Assembly: GCA_031270475.1 (NCBI GenBank)
Contig: JAISXO010000018.1
Location: 105-64,104, forward strand
Direction: 5' to 3'
From: Puniceicoccales bacterium
GTDB lineage: Bacteria; Verrucomicrobiota; Verrucomicrobiia; Opitutales; LL51
DNA length: 64,000 nt
Shown: positions 1 through 10,857 of the stretch, in pieces
Numbering within the stretch: the first letter of the stretch is position 1
Layout: every line of letters starts with the position of its first letter
Translations under genes and position numbers: made by a program
The notes under the pieces: generated by a model
Told to the model about the DNA's origin: nothing
The model's database searches: none
The model's input: only the letters and a program-made list of their open reading frames with translations

Positions 1-291
1 GTTAAAGGCTCCCCATTCGCGTCTCTTAAAAGATTCCCATTTCCATCCCTGGAAAGTTTCCAGTCAGATAAGCCTATGTTTCGCAATCCAAGAAGTACTT
101 GTTCTGCCGTTGGACACTTGGTAGGATTCAGCGCAAGACAATCCGCTGTTATCGCGGCTAGTCTTTTTAATACCGACTCCGGAGCCTTTCTTGGCCCGTT
201 GTAGCATTGTGTTGTTCAAGCGCGAATACTCTTCTAATATGTAGGCATGTATTTTCGCGTGATTATTTTCCAATGCAAATTTGACAAAATA

Positions 292-929
292 TTAACGATT
301 CGGCCATTGGCCGTGTAACAATAACTTGTAAAACCGCAATGTGTTCATTGCATTTATGCCAACTTTTTCAGAGAACATCCCTAGTCGTCCGAATAATAAA
401 GTAGCCATTATAGTACCAAGAGTATATATGTCAAAGGACGGGAAAGCAATATCGCTGCTAAATGGGTAAGCCTTATAAAATCCCCCAAAAGGAAAATTTC
501 AGGGGCGGCATTAGCAGATCCATTCACAGAACTCTTTCCTATAGGCCCAGCAGAGCCATAGTCAATAAGTCTACATTGGACGATGTATTGGCTTGCCTCA
601 ATTAGAGCATGTTGTCTATACTCATCTTGTTCATTTGGCATCAGATTTTCCCATAATTTGCGCCATAAAAGCTTATCTTGCTCCTTTTTTAAATCGAACA
701 CTTTTTCCATCATAATATTCTCTATTTTTAAATCATGATGAACGATTCTAAGCCTATGGAGCCCATGCAAACCAGACAAGCAATAAACCCATGTACTGTT
801 CGGAACAAATTTACTATTTTTCATGTTCTTCATAACATATTTGATTATCATGAAAAAATGTAAATTTTTTTGCAAAAATTCGATAATTATATTTTTACTC
901 TCGAATAAAATGCTATATTGCGAAATATC
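292..929 (-). pseudogene. Eukaryotic-like Ser/Thr protein kinase remnant (C-lobe only, frameshifted)
   Basis: The minus-strand ORF 408..875 contains RIVHHDLKIENIMM (HRDLKxxN-like catalytic loop), LIDYGSAG (DFG-like) and AAPE. Shifting frame within about 420-490 (C5/A4 homopolymer at 482-490) continues as FDIYTLGTIMATLLFGR (subdomain IX DxWSxG-like) to a TAA at 292-294. No Gly-rich loop or VAIK lobe can fit, because the frame closes at 930-932 and acpP starts at 987. Confidence 0.6.
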
Positions 930-986
930 TCAAAAAGTCGCTTGACTTCATGAAATAATATTCATAGGTATAAAGAGTCGTAAGTT

Positions 987-1241
987 ATGGCCGAAAAATC
1001 AATAGAACAAAGGGTTAAGGAGGTAATTGTCAATTCTCTCAATATCAGTGAGGAGAAAGTAACCGATGGAGCATCGTTTCTGGACGATTTAGGAGCGGAT
1101 TCTCTCGGAACTGTTGAGCTAATGATGGCGTTTGAAGATGAGTTCGAAAATGAAATCGAGGGCGGTATCCCCGAAGCGGATGCCGAAAAATTACTCACCG
1201 TCAAAGACGTCGTCGAATATATCAAAAGCCGCATCGCATAG
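987..1241 (+). CDS. acpP: Acyl carrier protein
   Basis: 84 aa. [19 protein letters not shown] carries the DSL phosphopantetheine-attachment motif. Lies immediately upstream of fabF. Confidence 0.95.
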   Translation: MAEKSIEQRVKEVIVNSLNISEEKVTDGASFLDDLGADSLGTVELMMAFEDEFENEIEGGIPEADAEKLLTVKDVVEYIKSRIA

Positions 1242-1254
1242 TCTCTATGGATAT

Positions 1255-2502
1255 ATGTCTGAATTGCATCGTGTTGTCATTACGGGCCTAGGAAGTATAA
1301 CTTCGCTCGGATATACTGCTTCCGTTCTCTGGGATAATCTCGTCGCCGGGAAAAGTGGGATCACTCGGATTGCGGCCTTTGATCCGACAACTTATCCCTG
1401 TCAAGTCGGTTCAGAAGTAAAAAATTTCAATCCAGGAGATTATATGGATGTAAAAGATGCCAAACGGAGTGATCGCTTTGCCCATTTCGCTGTCGCCGCT
1501 ACTCAAAATGCAATCCAGGATGCCGCCTTTGACCTAAAACAATTTGATCCCTTTCGCGTGGGAGCCATCATTGGTTCGGGGATCGGTGGCGTCGATACCA
1601 TCCAGAAACAAACCGCACGCTTTCATGGAATGGGTGCGCTCCGGGTATCACCATTCATGATTCCGTCCCTTATCTGCAATATGGCATCGGGAGTTGTTGC
1701 CATTCAATACGGCTTCAAAGGGCCCAATTTTTCCGCTGTAACGGCGTGTTCCTCTTCGGCGCACACGATTGGCGAAGCTTACCATATGCTCCAACTCGGA
1801 AAAGCCGATGCGATCTTTGCGGGAGGAAGTGAGGCGGCACTGATTGGGCTTAGTTTCGCGGGATTTTGTATGATGAAGGCAATGTCGACCCACTTTAATG
1901 GAGAACCGGAGCGGGCTAGTCGGCCTTTCGATGCCCAACGCGACGGATTCGTCATGGGAGAAGGAGCAGGAATTGTGTTATTGGAAACGCTCGAAAGTGC
2001 TCTAGCGCGGCAGGCGAAAATTTACTGCGAAGTCATTGGTTATGCGGCCAATTGCGATGCCTATCATATTACGAGTCCGGATCCCATGGGCAATGGTTTA
2101 GCGAATTGTTTAGAAAGTTTATTACATGAATCGGGAGTAGAGCCGAGCGATGTGGACTACATCAATGCCCATGGAACGTCGACGGAAATGAATGATAAAT
2201 TTGAAACACTTGCCATCAAGCGTGTTTTTAAAGAAAATGCAAAAAAAATAAAAATTAGCTCGACAAAGAGTATGACTGGGCATTTATTGGGAGCGGCAGG
2301 TGGGGTCGAAGCAATTATCTGTGCCAAAGCGATCGAAACCGGCCTCATACCGCCGACGATAAACTACGAAAACCCCGATCCGGATTGCGATTTAGAGTAT
2401 GTTCCCAATACAACAATTCGACAAAATGTAAACGTTGCGATCAGTGAAAACCTCGGATTCGGCGGACACAATGCCGCGTTGATGTTTAGAAAATATTCAT
2501 GA
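1255..2502 (+). CDS. fabF: 3-oxoacyl-ACP synthase II
   Basis: The track ORF starts at 1132 but overlaps acpP. The in-frame ATG at 1255 gives MSELHRVVITGLGSITSLG. Motifs present: TACSSSAH (active-site Cys), NAHGTSTEMND and KSMTGHLLGAAGG. Confidence 0.93.
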   Translation: MSELHRVVITGLGSITSLGYTASVLWDNLVAGKSGITRIAAFDPTTYPCQVGSEVKNFNPGDYMDVKDAKRSDRFAHFAVAATQNAIQDAAFDLKQFDPFRVGAIIGSGIGGVDTIQKQTARFHGMGALRVSPFMIPSLICNMASGVVAIQYGFKGPNFSAVTACSSSAHTIGEAYHMLQLGKADAIFAGGSEAALIGLSFAGFCMMKAMSTHFNGEPERASRPFDAQRDGFVMGEGAGIVLLETLESALARQAKIYCEVIGYAANCDAYHITSPDPMGNGLANCLESLLHESGVEPSDVDYINAHGTSTEMNDKFETLAIKRVFKENAKKIKISSTKSMTGHLLGAAGGVEAIICAKAIETGLIPPTINYENPDPDCDLEYVPNTTIRQNVNVAISENLGFGGHNAALMFRKYS

Positions 2503-4388
2503 TTTTCCGCCTATTTATTTGTGTCGTCGGCTATGTTATTGCCAGACTACCGGTTGTTTGTGTCGCGTTACTTTGCCAATTTTGGGGACAATTTTTCTTT
2601 TTATTTTTTCGGCGACGGCGACGGAGTATACTTTCAAATATTGGTCATGCTTTCCCTGAAAAAACGGAAATGGAATGTAAGGCATTAGCAAAAAAAAGTT
2701 GCACACGCATGATCGAATTGGGACTTTTAGCCATCGCTTTACCCTATTTCCCAAAAAATCGGATTCGGCGATCGTTTCAATTAGACGGCTCTATCGGAGA
2801 ATTTTTTCGCGAAAAAGCGCGCAACAATGGGCCGCGAATCATTTTACTGCCTCATTTTTCGCAGATGGAGGCAATGACAATCATACCATTCCTGGAGGAA
2901 GCGGCGAGGCAAAATGAAATCGGCGTGATTTACCGTCCCTTTAAAAACAAGGCGCTGGAACAATTCATTCGTAAAACGCGTGAAAAATTCGGGTTAAAAC
3001 TTCTCGCGCGCGGATCGGGATTTTTGAGCGCTAAAGAAATTTTAAAACGCAATGGAATCGTCGTCATTTTATTCGATCAAAACGCAAACGAATGGGGGAT
3101 TTTAGCGACATTTTTCGGGCGAATTGCCTCCACAACACCGCTCCCCGACCTCTTATACAAGCATTTTTACTGTCCCATTTACGGACTAATGCCGCAGCGA
3201 TTGGGAACTTTTCAGGCAAAATGTTACGTAGAACACCTTGATTGTAAAAATAAAAAAAACACCACCAACGATTACTGCGTCACACACGCAATGAATGCAT
3301 GGTTGGAACAAAAATTATCATCCGATGATGCCATTTGTTGCGATTGGCTATGGGCGCATAACCGTTGGCACACACACGATCAGGAACACAATTGGCTGAA
3401 TTTATCGCAAAAACGTTGCGCCATCGATTGGTCTAAAACAGATAAAAAAGTAAAAATTTTTATCCGAATGCCCAATTGGTTAGGCGACATTATCATGGCC
3501 GCCCCCCTTGTAAAAGCTGTCCATCAGGCGCGCCCCGACGCCAAAGTAATCCTGCTAGTGCGATCGCATTTTGTCCAGTTCTTAGAAAATTTACATCTTG
3601 CAGATCAAATTTTACCACTTGCTAAAAAAAGTAGAAAATATTATCAGCAGCTTTTTGAATACCGCCAATTGAAACCCGACTTTCTAATACGGCTCGTCAA
3701 TTCAACAACGGCTGATATTGAAACCTTTATTCTCAATGCAACGCACGCGTTTGCGCAACAGTTTCCCAATAAAAAGCGTCCCTGGGGTTCGACACGTATT
3801 TTTATAAATTTTGACAACCTGCAACCCGTTCATCAGGAAAAAACAACACAATTTTTCGCAAAAAAAATGGGCTACCAAAGCGATTGGGATCTCAATCCAT
3901 TCGATCTAAAAATTGCACAATCCAATGCAATCGGTTTGATTTGTGGCAGTGAAAATAGTCCGATAAAACGCTGGCCAATTCCTCATTGGATCGACCTCGT
4001 CACCATACTTTTAAGGCAGACGACCACTGATATTATTCTCTTCGGTACCGCAACGGATGCGGCCATTACACAAGAAATTAAAGGGCATTTTCGCAGTGAA
4101 AATCGTGTCATCGACCGCGCCGGTAAAACAAATCTCTCCGAATTCGCCAATGAAATTGCAACCTGTAAACTCGTAATCGGCAATGATACGGGCGGCGTCC
4201 ACCTCGCCAATTTCCTGGGTATTCCGACGGCTGTCCTCTTCGGCCCAACTAATCCCAACAAAACACGTCCCATTTTCGAGGCACCGGTCCATATTATAAA
4301 ATCGCCAGATAAGAATAATTTCACCGCACTGACATCCAATTTGGTCGCTGAAACACTCACAAATCTCAATTTATTTTCTCTATTATAA
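2499..4388 (+). CDS. Fusion protein: lipid A late acyltransferase (LpxL/HtrB-like) N-half plus family-9 glycosyltransferase (heptosyltransferase-like) C-half
   Basis: 629 aa, with an ATGA overlap onto the fabF stop. The N-half has ILLPHFSQMEAM (HX4E dyad as in LpxL), IYRPFKNKALEQFIRKTREKFG and VILFDQNANEWGILATFFG. The C-half has IRMPNWLGDIIMAAPLVKAVHQARPDAKVILLV and VIGNDTGGVHLANFLGIPTAVLFGPTNP, typical of GT9. Confidence 0.7.
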   Translation: MIFRLFICVVGYVIARLPVVCVALLCQFWGQFFFLFFRRRRRSILSNIGHAFPEKTEMECKALAKKSCTRMIELGLLAIALPYFPKNRIRRSFQLDGSIGEFFREKARNNGPRIILLPHFSQMEAMTIIPFLEEAARQNEIGVIYRPFKNKALEQFIRKTREKFGLKLLARGSGFLSAKEILKRNGIVVILFDQNANEWGILATFFGRIASTTPLPDLLYKHFYCPIYGLMPQRLGTFQAKCYVEHLDCKNKKNTTNDYCVTHAMNAWLEQKLSSDDAICCDWLWAHNRWHTHDQEHNWLNLSQKRCAIDWSKTDKKVKIFIRMPNWLGDIIMAAPLVKAVHQARPDAKVILLVRSHFVQFLENLHLADQILPLAKKSRKYYQQLFEYRQLKPDFLIRLVNSTTADIETFILNATHAFAQQFPNKKRPWGSTRIFINFDNLQPVHQEKTTQFFAKKMGYQSDWDLNPFDLKIAQSNAIGLICGSENSPIKRWPIPHWIDLVTILLRQTTTDIILFGTATDAAITQEIKGHFRSENRVIDRAGKTNLSEFANEIATCKLVIGNDTGGVHLANFLGIPTAVLFGPTNPNKTRPIFEAPVHIIKSPDKNNFTALTSNLVAETLTNLNLFSLL

Positions 4389-4620
4389 TTTTCTTAGAAA
4401 TTTGTTAACATTTCATCGTAATTTTATAGCTTTCCAATGGAGGATTGAGGTATGTCAAGAGATTTAAGAATAATTTCGCCGCACTGACATCCAATTTGGT
4501 CGCTGAAACACTCACAAATCTCAATTTATTTTCTCTATTATAATTTTCTTAGAAATTTATTGACATTTCATCGTAATTTTATAGCCTCCCAATGAAGGAT
4601 TGAGGTATGTCGAGAGATTT
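4311..4620 (+). repeat. Tandem direct duplication, 2 x 155 bp (4311-4465 and 4466-4620)
   Basis: The two units align end to end with a handful of substitutions. Each unit holds the last ~26 codons plus stop of the GT9 fusion gene, the intergenic region, and the RBS plus first 5 codons (MSRDL) of the downstream chaperone gene. Confidence 0.9.
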
Positions 4621-5107
4621 AATGGTACAGGTAATCAATGATTTTGGCCAAGAGATTGGTGCACAATTGGAAGTCGATGACGAAGCCTATTGCTGTTTAG
4701 CAGTGGGAGATGAATTTCAAGTTCATTTAAAATTTAATGAACATTTTAACGGAATAATTTTTTATACTGAACTCGGGGAAGTTCCCAATGTCGGGAAAAA
4801 AGAAGTTCTTCGCCATTACGTCATGCAGAATGGAACTATCGAATCCAATAATTTGACATTTTCCTACGATGAAGAAAGTAAACAATTGGGAATGGCATGC
4901 CTATTGCCCGTAACATTTACGAATTTGGATAACCTAAAAAAAATCCTCGAAAAGTTTATTGAACGCTATCAAAAAGAACACGAAGACATGGGACGATTTC
5001 TACAAGGTGAACTTCCCAAGGATGATATACAATTTGTAGATGATAGCGGTAGTACCAATGAAGCAATTCCCACAAGCGGCATAGATCCACAATTTATGCG
5101 TCTGTGA
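4607..5107 (+). CDS. Type III secretion class I chaperone (CesT/SycE-like)
   Basis: 166 aa, acidic. The layout FGQEIGAQLEVDDEAYCCLAVGDEFQVHLKFNEHFNGIIFYTELGEVP...LTFSYDEESKQLGMACLLP...LEKFIERY matches the class I chaperone template. It is a paralogue-like match to the ORF at 36594..37088. Confidence 0.65.
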   Translation: MSRDLMVQVINDFGQEIGAQLEVDDEAYCCLAVGDEFQVHLKFNEHFNGIIFYTELGEVPNVGKKEVLRHYVMQNGTIESNNLTFSYDEESKQLGMACLLPVTFTNLDNLKKILEKFIERYQKEHEDMGRFLQGELPKDDIQFVDDSGSTNEAIPTSGIDPQFMRL

Positions 5108-5365
5108 AGACCTGACACTAAAATAAAAAATGTAACGCCATATTTAGCCATGGGTAAATTGAAATGTACATATCTTTTGTCGTTAAAGGCAATGTTTTTT
5201 GAACAAAACGCTTATGAAATTGCCATTGAACAAAGTGATCTCAACCTAGAGGATGATACGGCAATCCGAGATTTATTAAAAAAATATAATATTTAGTTCG
5301 ATAGTACGGGCAGCAATCGTTATAACAACAGACTCAGAGCACGATTTTTGAGACCTATACCATAG

Positions 5366-6085
5366 CAGGACCAGGTAAACATAGAGAGAACAAAGCCATT
5401 TGACTGTATATTTAGCCTATCCCAGATTCATTTTGCCCAATGGCTCACATCAAAACACTACCCTGTCCATTTTAATGAAACTTCATTTCAAGGCAAAGTG
5501 TCTCCATTGCATTATGAAAAATGGAAGGATGGCGAAATCTGATTAAAACACCAGAAGATTGCCTATAAAACTGTATTCGGAAAACAAATACTCGAGCATG
5601 GACATATCTTTCATCCTCGGCAAAGTATGTTTTTCATCGATGATGGTATTTTTAAGGAATGTATGGAGCAGGTGAAGCGCCTAAAAGAAAATTCTAATAA
5701 TCTCGAAGCTCATACAGCATTTATAAAGGCAATCTCTTGTCCGTTTCAGGGGGCGGACTAGAGATGCTCGTAGACGGTATGGCAAAATATGCCGGCTATA
5801 GGCTCAAACGACCGGAAATTCTCCAAAAAAGCAAGAATAGCATTGGCTCAATTAGGCGAAAGATTTCCTGATAACGATCCTCGAAAACCAGGGAGCCAAA
5901 CGGATATAGGCTATACTATCCGGACTATGGGCTTTGACTTTGAACGAAAAAAGATGAAGAACGCCTCCGGAATTTCTATTGCTATCCCGATGTCTTTGCA
6001 ATGCCCACGACCAGTTTTAAAAAGTTTAATAAGCGATACCAATGTAAATTTGTTCCAATCGAAAGGTAATACTCACCGCAAGTAA
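5366..6085 (+). pseudogene. Decayed gene downstream of the T3S chaperone (one reading frame, internal stops)
   Basis: A single frame (positions congruent to 2 mod 3) stays readable from 5366 to the TAA at 6083-6085. It is interrupted by in-frame stops at 5540-5542, 5759-5761 and 5771-5773. Track ORF 5789..6085 is only its last piece. No recognisable domain. Confidence 0.5.
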
Positions 6086-6156
6086 TTTAAGGAAATATTT
6101 TTTGAACAAATATACTTGATTTTTGCTTGCCGAATAATGTCTTTGCGTCATCATAG

Positions 6157-8643
<2,487 letters not shown>

Positions 8644-8670
8644 AAGTGAAGTGTAGAAGCGGGATTTTTT

Positions 8671-8737
8671 ACGCGATGCTCGCCCATCCCTCACATCCCT
8701 AGCCTTGCCGTATTTTTCATCATTGTCAAGCATTCCT
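8671..8737 (+). repeat. C-rich extragenic element, copy A (about 30 nt after the gyrB stop)
   Basis: GCGATGCTCGCCCATCCCTCACATCCCTAGCCTTGCCGTATTTTTCATCATTGTCAAGCATTCC aligns with copies at 10679, 26115 and 52585. Confidence 0.55.
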
Positions 8738-8894
8738 TTACATCAGAATAGCACTTCGATACTAATTATTATTTGTTGAAAATTGGCATTTATTGGTATT
8801 TGTTTACGAAATAGGCCAACTAAAAAATTCGAAGCCATATTTTATTTTATTTTTATTGTTTTTTGGAAATCCGTAGCTATAATGCGGGAAGTCT

Positions 8895-10628
8895 ATGTCT
8901 ACAAATTTATTGGCAATCGTCGCAGTACTTCCCATTTTAGTGGCCCTCGTATTAATGGTCGGATTGCGGTGGGGAGCCGCAAAAGCAATGACCATCGCCT
9001 GGTTAACCTGCGCGCTCGCTGCCGTATTCGTTTGGAACCTCCCATTACTCTACGTCTCAGCCCTCAGTTTGCAGGGAGTGATTAACGCGGCAAGTGTCCT
9101 CATTATCGTCTTTGGAGCCCTGCTTCTCCTCCATACACTACAATATTCCGGCGCAATGGAAACCATCCAGTACGGCATGCGAAATATCAGTAAAGACATG
9201 CGCGTCCAAGCCATTATCATCGGCTACATGTTTAGCGCTTTCGTCGAAGGAGCAGCCGGCTTTGGAACTCCAGCGGCATTGGCAGCTCCATTACTCCTGG
9301 CCCTTGGATTTCCTCCATTGGCGGCAGCTATCCTCTGCCTAACCTTGAACTCCTTTCCCGTCACCTTCGGTGCCGTCGGTACCCCTATTATTACGGGTTT
9401 CGGTGCCTCCTTACAAGCTCTCATTGAACGGGCGGTCGCCCAAGGAATTTTCCAATCCAATGGCCACTTTTTTGAAGTTATCGGACAGGTCGTCACCTTC
9501 ATGCATGTTCCAATGATTTTTATTCTTCCCATCTTTACCTTGGGATTTATTACCCGCTTTTTTGGTCCTAACCGCTCCTGGAAAGACGGTTTCGCCGCCT
9601 GGAAATTTTGTATCTTCGCCGCCGTGGCTTTTTCTATCCCATACCTATTCGTCGCATGGTTCATAGGCCCCGAAATTCCTTCCATTGCCGGAGGATTAAT
9701 CGGATTATTGATTATCATGGTTGGCGCTCGATATGGATTTTGTATCCCTAAAGAAGTGTGGACCTTTGGAGAACCTTCTAAATGGGAAAAAAATTGGTCC
9801 GGAAATATAACTTTCAATGCCAATAATGAGCTTAAACCGCAAATGAGTCAGTTCATGGCCTGGCTGCCCTATATACTAATCGGTATCATTCTCGTATTCA
9901 CCCGCATTGATATTTTGCCCCTAAAAGAACTGTTCAATCGGCATGGAGTTATTCTCTTCAAGGATATCTTAGGCTACAAAGATGTAAACGAAGGAAGCCT
10001 TAAATTGCTCTATCTGCCAGGAACAATTCCCTTTATGCTCATTTCTATTTTAACGATTTTCATACACCGAATCCCCCCCGGAAAAGCCGTCAAAGCATGG
10101 ATCGAAACCTTTTCAAAAATGAAAACGGCAACAATTTCCCTCTGCGCATCGGTGGCTTTAGTCAAGATTTTTCAGGGCTCTGGAAATTTTACTAATCCGG
10201 ATTTAATCGCCCAGCTGGCAGCGGATGGCGTCGATACCCAGATTTTATCCATGCCGCGGGCTATGGCCGAAGCAATCGCTGGTATCATGGGCCCAATCTG
10301 GCCACTGTTTGCACCCTATGTGGGCGGCCTTGGAGCCGTTATTACTGGCTCTAATACCGTCTCCAATATCCTTTTCGCTCAATTTCAATGGGATGTAGCA
10401 GAATTACAAAAACTTTCTCGAATCGTTATCCTCGCCGCTCAGGGTGCAGGCGGAGCCATGGGACATATGATTTGTGTCCACAATATCGTAGCCGTATGTG
10501 CCGTTCTAGGCCTATCAAACCTGGAAGGAGATATTATCAAAAAAACTTTCTGGCCATTCCTGCTCTACGGCCTCTCTGTCGGTATCGTGGCTTATATCCT
10601 CATCACCATCGGCTACTCTACGTTTTAA
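8895..10628 (+). CDS. L-lactate/glycolate permease (LctP family)
   Basis: 577 aa polytopic membrane protein. [59 protein letters not shown] matches the conserved LldP/GlcA core. Confidence 0.85.
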   Translation: MSTNLLAIVAVLPILVALVLMVGLRWGAAKAMTIAWLTCALAAVFVWNLPLLYVSALSLQGVINAASVLIIVFGALLLLHTLQYSGAMETIQYGMRNISKDMRVQAIIIGYMFSAFVEGAAGFGTPAALAAPLLLALGFPPLAAAILCLTLNSFPVTFGAVGTPIITGFGASLQALIERAVAQGIFQSNGHFFEVIGQVVTFMHVPMIFILPIFTLGFITRFFGPNRSWKDGFAAWKFCIFAAVAFSIPYLFVAWFIGPEIPSIAGGLIGLLIIMVGARYGFCIPKEVWTFGEPSKWEKNWSGNITFNANNELKPQMSQFMAWLPYILIGIILVFTRIDILPLKELFNRHGVILFKDILGYKDVNEGSLKLLYLPGTIPFMLISILTIFIHRIPPGKAVKAWIETFSKMKTATISLCASVALVKIFQGSGNFTNPDLIAQLAADGVDTQILSMPRAMAEAIAGIMGPIWPLFAPYVGGLGAVITGSNTVSNILFAQFQWDVAELQKLSRIVILAAQGAGGAMGHMICVHNIVAVCAVLGLSNLEGDIIKKTFWPFLLYGLSVGIVAYILITIGYSTF

Positions 10629-10678
10629 AAAAAGTAAATAAACTACTTTTTTTACATTCGGCAGAAAATTTCAAATAC

Positions 10679-10743
10679 ACTTCCGTGCCTTCCCCTACAC
10701 CTCCTGGCTTTGTCGCCTTTCTTTTCACTGTCAAGCATTTTTT
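10679..10743 (+). repeat. C-rich extragenic element, copy B (about 50 nt after the permease stop)
   Basis: ACTTCCGTGCCTTCCCCTACACCTCCTGGCTTTGTCGCCTTTCTTTTCACTGTCAAGCATTTTTT has the same architecture as the other copies and the same TGTCAAGCATTTTTT end. Confidence 0.5.
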
Positions 10744-10857
10744 GTCATATCAATGATCATCAATCGAAAAAATCTCCACATAGCATATAAAATAAATGAT
10801 CAATTGTGATATTGACGTTGAAAGCGACGCTGGAATTATCTTAATATCTTCCATAGC

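Noticed and set aside
64-273. 69-aa minus-strand ORF at the window edge
   Set aside because: It has no recognisable motif and no convincing start context, and it lies just downstream of the decayed kinase remnant. It may be another gene fragment but cannot be supported.
1132-1254. Upstream extension of fabF given by the ORF track (start at 1132)
   Set aside because: The extension overlaps the last third of acpP in another frame and encodes a Lys/Ser-rich sequence unlike any KAS N-terminus. The ATG at 1255 gives the canonical N-terminus.
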